Below are positions 26,720 to 36,601 of a DNA stretch of 46,459 nucleotides, piece by piece; the stretch's first letter is position 1; every line of letters starts with the position of its first letter. The notes below the pieces were generated by a model. That model made no database searches and was not told where the DNA came from. It was given only the letters and a program-made list of their open reading frames with translations. A program made the translations under genes and the position numbers. Origin of the DNA: Oscillospiraceae bacterium. GTDB lineage: Bacteria > Bacillota > Clostridia > Oscillospirales > CAG-272. Location: NCBI GenBank assembly GCA_015065335.1, contig SVQM01000003.1, forward strand, positions 1-46,459, read 5' to 3'.

Positions 26720-27850
26720 TTAAAATAATCTGAGTATCTTGTCAAGAAGGGAAGGATCCTTCAGTCTGTCGCATCCGCATTCGGCATAAAGGGGCAGGCG
26801 TGCTACTTCTTCATTTCCGAGATAGTAGCAAGCGTAACCTAAAACATCATCCTTTTTTACGGGAGCAATGATAAACCTCGGAGCTTCGATGACACATCGT
26901 ATTTCGGGTGAATCATTCGGCATTGACAGCCCGAAGCTGTCCCTGTTTTTTACGGTGACTGACGGTATAGATCCCCTGCTTACGGGAATGGAATGAGATA
27001 CACTTCCGGGAGATGCCGCATCAATATGCCTGTATGCCGAAAAACCGAAATCGAGCATGGCTCGGTGGTCGTTCCAGTCATCCGGTGCAGACAAGGTGAC
27101 AGCGATCATCGTGACGCCGTCTCTCACGGCGGCGGAAACAAGACACCTACCGCTTCGTTTGGTAAAGCCCGTCTTTACACCTACGGCACCGTCATAATAT
27201 TTGAGCAGCTTGTTGTGGTTTAAGAGAAGTCTGGTTCCTTCATCACCGTTCAGTGGGATAGTCGTCTTGTAGGTTGACACTATCTCTGCAAAATCCTTGT
27301 TTTTGAGTGCGGCAACGGTAAGCTTTGCCATATCCTCGGCAGTGGTATAATGCTCCTCGTGATCAAGTCCGTGAGGATTTGTAAAATGAGAGCTGTTCAT
27401 TTCGAGACGCTTTGCCGTTTCATTCATGAGCACGGCAAACTTTTCCACAGATCCCGCCACCTCAATTGCAATGGCACAGGCGGCATCGTTGGCACTTTCA
27501 AGAAGAAGTGCCTGAAGGAGCTGTCTCATGGTAAGCTCCTCTCCTGCTTTCAGGTATACGGATGAGCCTTCAACACCGCAAGCCTTTCCGTTTATCTTGA
27601 CCATTGCATCAAGATCGGAATAATTCTCAATAGCCACAAGAGCCGTCATTATTTTTGTGGTGCTTGCCATGGGAAGCTTTTCTCCGGAATTTTTTGACCA
27701 TACTATATGACCGCTGTCGCCTTCCACAAGCACAGCACTTTTTGCTGAAACTCCGATGGGGGCGGTGCCTGCAGAAACGGGAACTGCGCATACGACGGTG
27801 CAAATGAATAAGAGAAAAGGAACAACACGGCTGAGAGAAAATATTTTCAC
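26720..27850 (-). CDS. dacB: D-alanyl-D-alanine carboxypeptidase (peptidase S11)
   Basis: GTG start and signal peptide; SxxK (ASTTK), SxN (SAND) and KTG motifs, FTNPHGLD; position after ytfJ as in the sporulation dacB locus. Confidence 0.88.
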   Translation of the reverse strand: MKIFSLSRVVPFLLFICTVVCAVPVSAGTAPIGVSAKSAVLVEGDSGHIVWSKNSGEKLPMASTTKIMTALVAIENYSDLDAMVKINGKACGVEGSSVYLKAGEELTMRQLLQALLLESANDAACAIAIEVAGSVEKFAVLMNETAKRLEMNSSHFTNPHGLDHEEHYTTAEDMAKLTVAALKNKDFAEIVSTYKTTIPLNGDEGTRLLLNHNKLLKYYDGAVGVKTGFTKRSGRCLVSAAVRDGVTMIAVTLSAPDDWNDHRAMLDFGFSAYRHIDAASPGSVSHSIPVSRGSIPSVTVKNRDSFGLSMPNDSPEIRCVIEAPRFIIAPVKKDDVLGYACYYLGNEEVARLPLYAECGCDRLKDPSLLDKILRLF

Positions 27851-27940
27851 GATAGATCCTCCAATTACGTACTGTGATTAGTTTTTATCACCGAGGGAGG
27901 ATTATACCGAAAAAATATTTCCTGCGTTTCGTGAAATTGA

Positions 27941-28363
27941 TTATTCGGGCTTTTTGTTTTTTGCGAGAGCATTTCTCAAACGCTCGATAAGCTCGGGAGA
28001 ACGCTCTACAAGACCGATGATGCTTGAAACGGGATCGGATGAACCTGCAGGCTGATTGATGTTTAGCATTTCAACGGAGCCTGTAGGAGAAACGATGAGA
28101 AAAGCTACGGGAGATACAGTCAGTCCCGAGCCGCCTACACCGCCGGAGTTTGCCGCAGGATTTACCAAACCAGCCTCAAACGCCTTCTTTGATGTGTAAT
28201 CAAGTCCACCGGAAGCATAACCCATAGAGAGCTTTGATACGGGGATGATGGTAGTGCCGTTAGCTGTGGTAACAGGCTCACCGATAACGGTGTTTGCATC
28301 AGCCATAGAGCTGATACCGTCCATTGCGAGTTTGAAGTTTTCGCTGAAATTGTTATTGCTCAT
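27941..28363 (-). CDS. ytfJ: Sporulation protein YtfJ/GerW
   Basis: DANTVIGEPV...TIIPVSKLSMGYASGG.D and GG.GGSG.TVSPVAFLIV motifs. Confidence 0.9.
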   Translation of the reverse strand: MSNNNFSENFKLAMDGISSMADANTVIGEPVTTANGTTIIPVSKLSMGYASGGLDYTSKKAFEAGLVNPAANSGGVGGSGLTVSPVAFLIVSPTGSVEMLNINQPAGSSDPVSSIIGLVERSPELIERLRNALAKNKKPE

Positions 28364-29063
28364 AATTATCTCCGTTCTTCCGCACTATGGCGGTTTTGTT
28401 TTTATTATTCTTTGATGCCTGAGATTCCATGCGGATCATTCTTTTGATATAGCTTTTGATAATGCCGCCGCCGGCTCTCAGGATATTTATTACCCTGATA
28501 CTGAATCTGATGCACACATCTCCGTGTACCGTTCCGTTTTCAAAATCAGCATTTACAAAAATATCCTTTGGGGATCTCAGTCTCATGTCGGTAAGATTCC
28601 CGAGAAGCTCCAGAAGAAGCTCTACGGCACTTACCGCTCCTGCATATGCAACAGCCGTAACTGCGGCGTTTTTTGTGCCGATATTCAGCCGTATACGAAG
28701 GATCTCGCATCTGAGATGACTGGTGAATTTTTCAGCAATATCACCCACAAGATCAAGGATCTCTGAAAGCTCACCCGGAAGGATCTTTTCTTTTTTCTTT
28801 TCACCGGTATCTGCAGGTTCAGATTTTTTGGAAACGTCCTCACTCATGAGCCGCCTGTATTTCTTTGGTGAATAGTCCGACAGCTTTATTTTTTTCTTCT
28901 TTTTCGGATAAAGCTTTATCCGAACAGGCCCTATCCATACGACCGCAGATGCCCCCCCTTTATCCGTCGGGGATTTACTGTAGGACAGTGTGATCCTTAC
29001 TCTCAGCATAAGGAGGAGAAATACGAGAAGAAGGATGCCTCCGATTATATAAAGAGCGATCAT
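28353..29063 (-). CDS. DUF2953/YtfI-like protein
   Basis: N-terminal TM helix and GTKNAAVTAVAY motif; conserved position upstream of ytfJ. Confidence 0.75.
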   Translation of the reverse strand: MIALYIIGGILLLVFLLLMLRVRITLSYSKSPTDKGGASAVVWIGPVRIKLYPKKKKKIKLSDYSPKKYRRLMSEDVSKKSEPADTGEKKKEKILPGELSEILDLVGDIAEKFTSHLRCEILRIRLNIGTKNAAVTAVAYAGAVSAVELLLELLGNLTDMRLRSPKDIFVNADFENGTVHGDVCIRFSIRVINILRAGGGIIKSYIKRMIRMESQASKNNKNKTAIVRKNGDNYEQ

Positions 29064-29743
29064 GATTCTGTGTTATCGCCACCTGCATCCGATACAGGTG
29101 TACTTTCTTCATCGGAGTAATCGGTGGTCTCCGTAAATACCATTCCTTCCATGGGGATGGTACCGTCGTCTTTCTCTACATCGGGATGTCCTTCCACAAC
29201 GGGCAGGTCCCCCAGAGATGACATACCGAAAACTCTGAGGAAATCCTCAGTGGTTCTGTAGATCATTGGGCGTCCGGGTACATCAAGTCTGCCGCAAGGC
29301 TCGATGAGGTGCTTTTCGGTGAGAGAATTCACCGCATAGGATGAATCCACGCCACGCACGGTATCAATGAATGATCTTGTGACAGGCTCATTGTAAGCGA
29401 CGATCGCAAGAACTTCGAGAGAAGATGCGGAAAGATTTCCGCCACGCTTGATACCGAGAGCGTCACGGATGTATCCGCCAAGCTCGGATTTAGTGCAGAG
29501 CTGGCATGAATCGGAAAAGCACAGGAGCATTATTCCTCTGGGAAGAGAATCCGGGGAGTTGTAATATTCCGCACGCTCATTTACGAGCTTTTTTATCTCA
29601 GAGGGAGAGCTGGCGGTAACGGCGGCAAGCTTTGCATAGCCTACGGGATAACCGGCGGCGAACAGCACCGCTTCGATAATGCTCATCTTTTCATCATCGG
29701 TGAGTATTGTAGGTTCGGTTATGATGTTTTCGTCTATAGTCAT
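29060..29743 (-). CDS. scpB: SMC-Scp complex subunit ScpB
   Basis: IIEAVLFAAG, LSASSLEVLAIVAYNEPVTR..ID.VRGV and GRLDVPGRP..Y.TT..FL..FG motifs. Confidence 0.95.
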   Translation of the reverse strand: MTIDENIITEPTILTDDEKMSIIEAVLFAAGYPVGYAKLAAVTASSPSEIKKLVNERAEYYNSPDSLPRGIMLLCFSDSCQLCTKSELGGYIRDALGIKRGGNLSASSLEVLAIVAYNEPVTRSFIDTVRGVDSSYAVNSLTEKHLIEPCGRLDVPGRPMIYRTTEDFLRVFGMSSLGDLPVVEGHPDVEKDDGTIPMEGMVFTETTDYSDEESTPVSDAGGDNTES

Positions 29744-29762
29744 AGGTCATCACCTTTCAAAA

Positions 29763-30548
29763 TCATGAGTCATCGGCAACAGCACCGGAAAGATCGTCGG
29801 CGTTTGCGCCTTCCGAGAGAGATATCATACCATCATCCATTACATCGATGACACCGTCTTCACGGTAAGTCTCACATTCAAGAATGACAAGCCCCGATTT
29901 GAGCAGCTCAAGCATTGCCATGAACATGGCAATGAGCTCGTGCTTGTCATCGGCTTCCCTGAAATATTCGGAAAGACCTACCTTGCCGCCAAGCTTCAGC
30001 CTGCCTGAGAGACGGCGAACTACGGATTTGATCGATACGGGACGTGTTTCGATAATGGGATCGAATTTCTTTTTTGCCTCGGTATCTGAGATACGGACTG
30101 TGGTGAGCACACGGTTGTATGCCTTTGTGAGAAGATCGATGCTGTGATCGGCAACGAAAGATTTGTCTACCGTGATCTCATCAGTATCCTTGACCATGCG
30201 AAGTCCGTATTCACCGAAACGCTCTTTAAGATCCTCAGCCGCTGCCTTAGCACGTTTGTATTCGAGAAGTGCCGCCGCAAGAGCCGCACGGGGATCCTCC
30301 TCCTCAGCTTCTTCATCACGGGGCAGGAGCATACGGCTTTTTATAAGCATAAGCTCGCTTGCCATGACGATGAAATCGGAGGATAGCTCCATGTCCATGC
30401 TCTGTGCCTCGGCGATATATGCCATGTACTGATCACACAGAAGGGAAATGGGGATATCGTTTATGTCGATCTTGTGCTTTGAGATAAGGGACAGAAGCAG
30501 ATCAAGAGGTCCCTCAAAGGTGTCAAGCTTATAATTTATCTCAGTCAT
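29763..30548 (-). CDS. scpA: Segregation/condensation protein ScpA
   Basis: FEGPLDLLLSLI...DINDIPI, DFIVMASELMLIKSRMLLP and FMAMLEL motifs. Confidence 0.95.
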   Translation of the reverse strand: MTEINYKLDTFEGPLDLLLSLISKHKIDINDIPISLLCDQYMAYIAEAQSMDMELSSDFIVMASELMLIKSRMLLPRDEEAEEEDPRAALAAALLEYKRAKAAAEDLKERFGEYGLRMVKDTDEITVDKSFVADHSIDLLTKAYNRVLTTVRISDTEAKKKFDPIIETRPVSIKSVVRRLSGRLKLGGKVGLSEYFREADDKHELIAMFMAMLELLKSGLVILECETYREDGVIDVMDDGMISLSEGANADDLSGAVADDS

Positions 30549-30556
30549 TTTTTACC

Positions 30557-31234
30557 TCAAAGGAAGGGAATGAGTCCAACGAGCCACTCCATGCCGGACA
30601 AGATATGGAAAGTGATCCAGTTGAGTGGGGTATCAAGCACATTCAAGATAAGAAGCAACATGATTCCCAGGGAGATGTATCTCTCATATTTCATTACTCC
30701 GAAGTAATACTTAGGCGGGAGAAATGTATAGAATATCCTTGATCCGTCAAGTGGAGGACAGGGTATCAGATTGAAGACACCGAGTCCGAGATTGGTAAAG
30801 ATAAATCCGAGAATAAAGATCTGTGATACAAACGAGAGGTTGTACCCGAATTCAGTTGCGGGAAAGATCGGTAAAAGGTATCTGATGAGTACGGCACGAA
30901 GGATCACACCGATAAATGCAAGAATAAAGTTTGACATAGGGCCCGCAAGAGCTGAGAGAGCCATATCACGTCGGGGATTTTTAAAATATCTTGTGTTTAT
31001 CGGCACGGGCTTTGCCCAACCGAACCCTGCAAGAAGCATACAGAGAGCACCTATGGGATCAAGATGCTTCAATGGATTAAGCGTCAGACGTCCATACATT
31101 TTTGCGGTAGGATCACCCAGCTTGTACGCAATATATCCGTGACTTACCTCATGAATGGTGAGAGCAATAAGGATAGACGGTATAGACAACAGGAGATACA
31201 TAAGATCTTCGGTGGATGTAAGATTTGATAACAT
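30557..31234 (-). CDS. Site-2 protease (peptidase M50)
   Basis: Start MLSNLT (ATG 31234); HEVSH, GRLTLNPLKHLDP, GWAKPVP, AGPMSN and FNLIPCPPLDG motifs. Confidence 0.92.
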   Translation of the reverse strand: MLSNLTSTEDLMYLLLSIPSILIALTIHEVSHGYIAYKLGDPTAKMYGRLTLNPLKHLDPIGALCMLLAGFGWAKPVPINTRYFKNPRRDMALSALAGPMSNFILAFIGVILRAVLIRYLLPIFPATEFGYNLSFVSQIFILGFIFTNLGLGVFNLIPCPPLDGSRIFYTFLPPKYYFGVMKYERYISLGIMLLLILNVLDTPLNWITFHILSGMEWLVGLIPFL

Positions 31235-31256
31235 AGTTTTGCCTTTCTTTGGGTTA

Positions 31257-31862
31257 TCAGACGGTTTCTGCGGCACCGATGATGGCGCTCCAAAGCTCAT
31301 CTCGGCCCTCACCGGATTTCGATGAATACATTATTACGGCGGCAGCATCTTCCGCAGCCTCACAGCTTTTGATTATCTCATCGAACTTGTTGCGCTCGGT
31401 TCGATTCAGCTTGTCACATTTTGTAGCTACGATAATGTGAGGAGTCTCGGTATCACGGAGGAACCATAGCATATCAATATCGTCCTTCGTTGGGCCGATC
31501 CGTGAATCAACGAGCTGTACTACAAGACACAGCTTGTCTATGTTCTGATTTTTGGTAAAATAACCGTCGGTGAGCATGGACCATTTTCTCTGCTCGGATG
31601 CGGTACGCTTTGCGTAGCCGTAGCCGGGGAGATCCACAAGATAGAGCTTGCGGTCTATGTCGTAAAAATTTATGGTGATGGTCTTACCGGGAGTGGCACT
31701 GACCCTTGCGAGAGATTTTCTCTGAAGGAGAGAGTTTACGAGGGAGGATTTCCCCACGTTTGATCTGCCGGCAAAGGCTATCTGCGGGAGCGCATCAACA
31801 GGAAACTGAGATGCAGCTCCTGCGGTGATCTTAAGATTTGCGTTGTGAAGATTCAGCTTCAT
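31257..31862 (-). CDS. engB: Ribosome biogenesis GTPase EngB/YsxC
   Basis: GRSNVGKSS, TPGKT, VDLPGYGYA and TKCDK motifs; follows lon. Confidence 0.95.
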   Translation of the reverse strand: MKLNLHNANLKITAGAASQFPVDALPQIAFAGRSNVGKSSLVNSLLQRKSLARVSATPGKTITINFYDIDRKLYLVDLPGYGYAKRTASEQRKWSMLTDGYFTKNQNIDKLCLVVQLVDSRIGPTKDDIDMLWFLRDTETPHIIVATKCDKLNRTERNKFDEIIKSCEAAEDAAAVIMYSSKSGEGRDELWSAIIGAAETV

Positions 31863-31877
31863 AGTCCTGTACCTGCT

Positions 31878-34319
31878 TTATCTTTTTTCGCAGTATGCGT
31901 TCGGTGCGTGATGAGCTTCGGGAATGATGGGTGCGGATTTGATGTTGTCCGCATGACCGCCGTCGGATGCGGTATTTGCAAACTCATTCTTGGGAAGAAG
32001 TGCAAGCTCAAGCACCTCTGCTGCGGTCTTGCAAGGACTGAATGTAAGTCCAGCCCTTACATCGGGATCGATCTCGTCGATGTCACCTGTGTTATCATAA
32101 GGGATTATTACCCTTGTGACACCTGCGCTATACGCCGCAGTGGTCTTTTCACGAAGTCCTCCGATGGCAAGAACACGTCCGGTAAGTGTCAGCTCACCCG
32201 TCATTGCGATGTCGGAGCGGACAGCTCTGCCTGTGAGAGTGCTTACAAGGGATGTGAGCATCGTGACACCTGCGGATGGACCGTCCTTGGGAACGGCTCC
32301 CTCGGGTACGTGGATATGTATGTCGAGAGTTTTATAAAAATCCTTCGGTACACCGAGAGCATCCGCATTAGCTCTGATGTAGCTTACGGCGATCTTTGCG
32401 GATTCCTTCATAACATCACCGAGAGTTCCCGTAAGCTCAAGCTTACCCGTACCCTCCATGACGGCAGTCTCTATCTTCAGAATATCTCCGCCGACCTCGG
32501 TATACGCAAGTCCGTTGACAACGCCGACAAGATCGCAGTCATTCTTCTTTTCGTCGAGGAATTTTCTTGTGCCGAGATAATCTTTGATGTTATCCTTGGT
32601 AAGAGATACTCTCTTTGATTTGCCGTCGGTGATGATCTTTGCTGTTTTGCGGCAAACGTTTGCAATGCATCTCTCAAGATTACGTACACCTGATTCTCTT
32701 GTGTAGCCGTCGATCATCTCAAATATCGCATCGTCGGAGAATCTCACCTGACGGAGAGCAAGACCGTGGCGACGTACCTGCTTTGCAATAAGATGATCCT
32801 TTGCAATGTGGAGCTTCTCATTTCTTGTGTATGTGTGAAGCTCGATTATCTCCATACGGTCAATGAGAGGACGGGGAACTGTATCAAGAGTATTTGCGGT
32901 AGCAATAAAGAAGCAGCTTGAGAGATCCACGGGGAGCTCAATGAAATGATCGCGGAAGGTACGGTTCTGCTCGGGATCGAGTACCTCAAGCATTGCAGAT
33001 GCGGGATCTCCGTGATTGTCTGCACACAGCTTGTCTATCTCATCAAGAAGCATGACAGGGTTGTTTACGCCGGCTTTTGTGAGAGCCGCAACGATACGTC
33101 CGGGCATAGATGCCACATATGTGCGTCTGTGACCTCGTATTTCAGCCTCGTCACGTACACCGCCGAGAGAAACACGTGCGTATTCTCTGTTCATTGCACG
33201 TGCGATGGATGCACCGAGCGAGGTCTTACCCACACCGGGGGGGCCTACAAAACAGAGAATCTGACTTCCGTGATCGGGACAGAGCTTTTTTACGGCAAGA
33301 AATTCAAGGATCCTCTCCTTGACCTTTTCAAGTCCGTAGTGATCTGCATTAAGTATCTTTTCCGCTTTCTTTATGTCAAGCTTATCCTGCGATGACTTCA
33401 TCCAGGGGAAATCAAGAACGGCATCAAGGTAAGAACGGATGGAGGATGCTTCGGGAGAAGCAAAGGGAGAACGGGAAAGATGCGTTATCTCCTTCTGTAC
33501 CTTTTCACGAACCTCATCGGGCAGAGGAGTGTTGTCAAGCTTCAGGTAATACTCGGCAACATCATCTCCGTCGGAACCGCCAAGCTCCTGTTGTATTACC
33601 TTCATCTGCTCACGAAGGTAATAGTCACGCTGATTCTCGTCTATCTGCTCACGTACCTTTTTGTGGATCTTTCCTTCAAGGCGAAGAAGCCTTGTCTCGC
33701 TCTCGATAAGCACGGCACATCTCTCAAGACGCTTCATGGGATCGAAATCGTCAAGTATCTGCTGCTTATCTTCAAGCCTTACAAAAATGTTTGCCGCTAT
33801 GAAATCTGCCATAAGTCCGGGATTCTTAAGTGCGGCAACGGCAGTGATGATATCCCCGGAGAGAGAGGGCACATGATTTATCATGTTTGCAAGAGATTCA
33901 AGCACCTCTCTTGAGAGAGCCTCGACCTTAAGATTGCCGCTGTCCTCGGAGAGCTGAACGGTCTTGGTCATGATGTCTGCGGTATAATAAGGACCGTCAT
34001 GATTTACAGAACAGACAGTTGCACGGCAAAGACCTTCTGCGATAACACGGAGGATCCCGTCGGGAGTGCGGAGAGTCTGTCTGATCTTTACGACCGTACC
34101 TGTGAGAAAGAAATCACCTTCTTCGGGTACCTCTATGGAAATATCCTTCTGACAGATCAGGAACAGAAGTCGGTCCCCCTTTTCGGAAGCCTCTGCTGCA
34201 GCGATGGAGAAATCTCGTTCCAGATCAAGATTTATGGGAATGGAGGGGAATGCCACAAGCCCTCGGAGAGGGATCATGGGCATTGAGGCTCTTTCAACTT
34301 TTTCTATGTAAGTGGGCAT
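31878..34319 (-). CDS. lon: ATP-dependent Lon protease
   Basis: LON N-domain, GPPGVGKTS, GGVRDEAEIRGHRRTY, LLDEIDK and catalytic PKDGPSAG...IGGLREK. Confidence 0.97.
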   Translation of the reverse strand: MPTYIEKVERASMPMIPLRGLVAFPSIPINLDLERDFSIAAAEASEKGDRLLFLICQKDISIEVPEEGDFFLTGTVVKIRQTLRTPDGILRVIAEGLCRATVCSVNHDGPYYTADIMTKTVQLSEDSGNLKVEALSREVLESLANMINHVPSLSGDIITAVAALKNPGLMADFIAANIFVRLEDKQQILDDFDPMKRLERCAVLIESETRLLRLEGKIHKKVREQIDENQRDYYLREQMKVIQQELGGSDGDDVAEYYLKLDNTPLPDEVREKVQKEITHLSRSPFASPEASSIRSYLDAVLDFPWMKSSQDKLDIKKAEKILNADHYGLEKVKERILEFLAVKKLCPDHGSQILCFVGPPGVGKTSLGASIARAMNREYARVSLGGVRDEAEIRGHRRTYVASMPGRIVAALTKAGVNNPVMLLDEIDKLCADNHGDPASAMLEVLDPEQNRTFRDHFIELPVDLSSCFFIATANTLDTVPRPLIDRMEIIELHTYTRNEKLHIAKDHLIAKQVRRHGLALRQVRFSDDAIFEMIDGYTRESGVRNLERCIANVCRKTAKIITDGKSKRVSLTKDNIKDYLGTRKFLDEKKNDCDLVGVVNGLAYTEVGGDILKIETAVMEGTGKLELTGTLGDVMKESAKIAVSYIRANADALGVPKDFYKTLDIHIHVPEGAVPKDGPSAGVTMLTSLVSTLTGRAVRSDIAMTGELTLTGRVLAIGGLREKTTAAYSAGVTRVIIPYDNTGDIDEIDPDVRAGLTFSPCKTAAEVLELALLPKNEFANTASDGGHADNIKSAPIIPEAHHAPNAYCEKR

Positions 34320-34541
34320 GTTTTCGTAGTATATCCTTTCGATTTCTGACAGCCGATCATATATGCATACAATACGGCATTATATAATAATTCATCTTAT
34401 ATTATAACACATTACTTCATTAAAATCTATACCATTGAGATAATTTTATGGCGGGAACGATAAATATTTTCAAAATATTCTTAAAATTTGCATCTTTGAG
34501 ACATGAGACAACGAAGTAAAGATAACAGTTGAGATGTACCG

Positions 34542-34570
34542 TTGACAAAAACGGCATTATGAAGTAAAAT
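34542..34570 (+). promoter_or_regulatory. Sigma-A promoter
   Basis: TTGACA-17 nt-TAAAAT upstream of the GTG start at 34652. Confidence 0.65.
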
Positions 34571-34651
34571 ATAATATTGGTGAGGTATACGGTTTTGCAA
34601 AACCAACCGTATAAATTGCCGCATAGATCACAGAGATCCGGGAGAAATAAA

Positions 34652-35854
34652 GTGTCTGATAAAAAGAAAAGACCTTCAAAAAAATTTGTGCGAAGCATAA
34701 TCGTGTTTATAATAATATCGGCGGTAGTGCAGCTTGCGGCACTTGCTTTTATGACGCCGCAGGGACTTGGTGCCATATATCCGTACGTCCTTCACATGAG
34801 ATCCGAGGAGATAAACACAGGTGATGCAGGTATCGGTGAATATTTTTCGCTGCATAGTGAAATAGAAGATGCGGGACTTGTGATCCTTTCGGTTGACACA
34901 GATGTAAAGGATTCCTATATCCTTGCGGCTGATTATCTGCGTTTTCTCGTGAAATTTATCAATGTTTCAAATGTAGCTTTATATATCCAGCAGATGAGAG
35001 TGAAGAGTATATCCGATGCTGCGGTGGCAGGAGATTATGTCAGCTTTGATAAAGCCTGTGATTCCCAGCGTGAGTTGAAGGTACTCTGTGATCAGATATA
35101 CAGCTTTGCAAGCTCCGTATATACGATGAACAGCCGTCTTTCTCCGGATAAAAAGATCGGTATGGTTGGGATCAAAGGCCATTCCAAGCTCAATGATATC
35201 AAAAGCTCTCTTACGGCTGATCTGTATATAATACCGGGAGGGTCTACGGGAGATCATTTAGAGGTTCTTGATGCCAAAACGAACGAGGAGTATGCAGCTC
35301 TTTTCAGAAAGCATGAGGAGAAGCTTAAAGAAGTGCTCGGAAACAAATTTGATTATCATAATGAGCGCTGTGCTTTTGTAGAGGAAAATGCCATCGAGGA
35401 GAATTTTGCCCTGCGAAATCTTGCGAGATATGCACCTGCGGGGGAAAAAACGGTGTTTGCCGTGCTTCCCGAGGAGCTTCTTGGGAATAATTCGGTGTTC
35501 GTGAAAAAAGCGGAAGAGATATACGGTAAAGTGGTGGTCTGCAATACGGTATATTATGATTGTGTTACACTTGATGACGATAAAGCAGAGGCTTCGAGAA
35601 ACGACGGTGACTATCCCGGTTTTTTTGACGGAATACGTATAGCTGAGGCGAAGAAGCTTGAAGGCTTCAGGCGCTATTATAAAAAAATCGTGAACAGCTT
35701 TTCCAGTGATGAGCTTGACGGTCGAATGGATCTTATAGGAGATACGGGGGAAAAGACGTTCTTCATAATAAGCGGCTCTGGTCCTGTGACGTATAACGAA
35801 GATCTTAGTGAAGAAACGGGTACCGTTGGCACTGTCAATGTTGCTCCGGGTTGA
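34652..35854 (+). CDS. Membrane-anchored hypothetical protein, possibly a degenerate erythromycin-esterase (EreA/ChaN/Tiki)-like fold
   Basis: GTG start after GGGAG; basic N-terminus then a TM helix. YLRFLV...VAL and YTMNSRLSPDKKIGMVGI resemble EreA-like segments, but no GE..H motif is visible. Confidence 0.6.
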   Translation: MSDKKKRPSKKFVRSIIVFIIISAVVQLAALAFMTPQGLGAIYPYVLHMRSEEINTGDAGIGEYFSLHSEIEDAGLVILSVDTDVKDSYILAADYLRFLVKFINVSNVALYIQQMRVKSISDAAVAGDYVSFDKACDSQRELKVLCDQIYSFASSVYTMNSRLSPDKKIGMVGIKGHSKLNDIKSSLTADLYIIPGGSTGDHLEVLDAKTNEEYAALFRKHEEKLKEVLGNKFDYHNERCAFVEENAIEENFALRNLARYAPAGEKTVFAVLPEELLGNNSVFVKKAEEIYGKVVVCNTVYYDCVTLDDDKAEASRNDGDYPGFFDGIRIAEAKKLEGFRRYYKKIVNSFSSDELDGRMDLIGDTGEKTFFIISGSGPVTYNEDLSEETGTVGTVNVAPG

Positions 35855-35868
35855 TGGAGGTCATGTAA

Positions 35869-36567
35869 ATGCTTGTCCATGAGGATAAAATTCTTGAGGA
35901 TGCCGCAATGGGGGGAGAGCTGTGTATAGCAGTTCCCGTATCGGTATATATACCACTGCCAAATGGTGAGTGGGAGATTACCGCATACGAAAATGTGTGG
36001 GAAATTTGCATGGAGCATGAAGCAAAATACGGTGAAGATATTCTCAGCGATAGCTCCGTGAAAGAACTGTTTTCGAAAATTTCGCCTGTTGCGGATAAGA
36101 TGGGATATACGGCTGACGAAAAGGAAAGCCGTGTTATAAGGGAATACCGTGTATCGTCACTTAACGAGGATATACTGAATTATTCAGACATGGCACAGAT
36201 AGTACGGGATGAGTCGGAGATCCGTGGGCTTGAGTGTCCACTTCTGCATCCTCCGTGTCCCGATCCCGAGGATGAATGTGACGTTTGTGCTGTGGTCGTA
36301 CGTGACGGTGTGATCGTTTCATGTGCAGGAGTTAACGATATATCCGACGATGATGCTGTAGAGATATTTGTTGAAACTGCAAAGGCATATCGTGGAAAAG
36401 GATATGGGAAAGCGGCTGTTGCAACACTTGTACGGCATTTGACTAACAGCGGTTATGCGGTTGCATACAATTGCGCCGACACCAACAAATCATCTTCTGC
36501 AATCGCAGAAAAACTAAACATGACGCTTGCGGGCAAACGGCTGTCTATAGTTTGCTTCGCAAAATAA
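35869..36567 (+). CDS. GNAT-family acetyltransferase
   Basis: C-terminal EIFVETAKAYRGKGYGK (acetyl-CoA motif A) and N.SS..IAEKL. Confidence 0.85.
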   Translation: MLVHEDKILEDAAMGGELCIAVPVSVYIPLPNGEWEITAYENVWEICMEHEAKYGEDILSDSSVKELFSKISPVADKMGYTADEKESRVIREYRVSSLNEDILNYSDMAQIVRDESEIRGLECPLLHPPCPDPEDECDVCAVVVRDGVIVSCAGVNDISDDDAVEIFVETAKAYRGKGYGKAAVATLVRHLTNSGYAVAYNCADTNKSSSAIAEKLNMTLAGKRLSIVCFAK

Positions 36568-36601
36568 TACAAATGCAGAAAATCGAGAGGTACCTTAATA
36601 T

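Noticed and set aside
27851-27940. Sporulation sigma-F/G promoter upstream of dacB (GTATA...AAAACTA)
   Set aside because: The -10 element matches the consensus only partly; not supportable from sequence alone.
31845-34286. Several 70-257 aa plus-strand ORFs
   Set aside because: Antisense shadows of lon.
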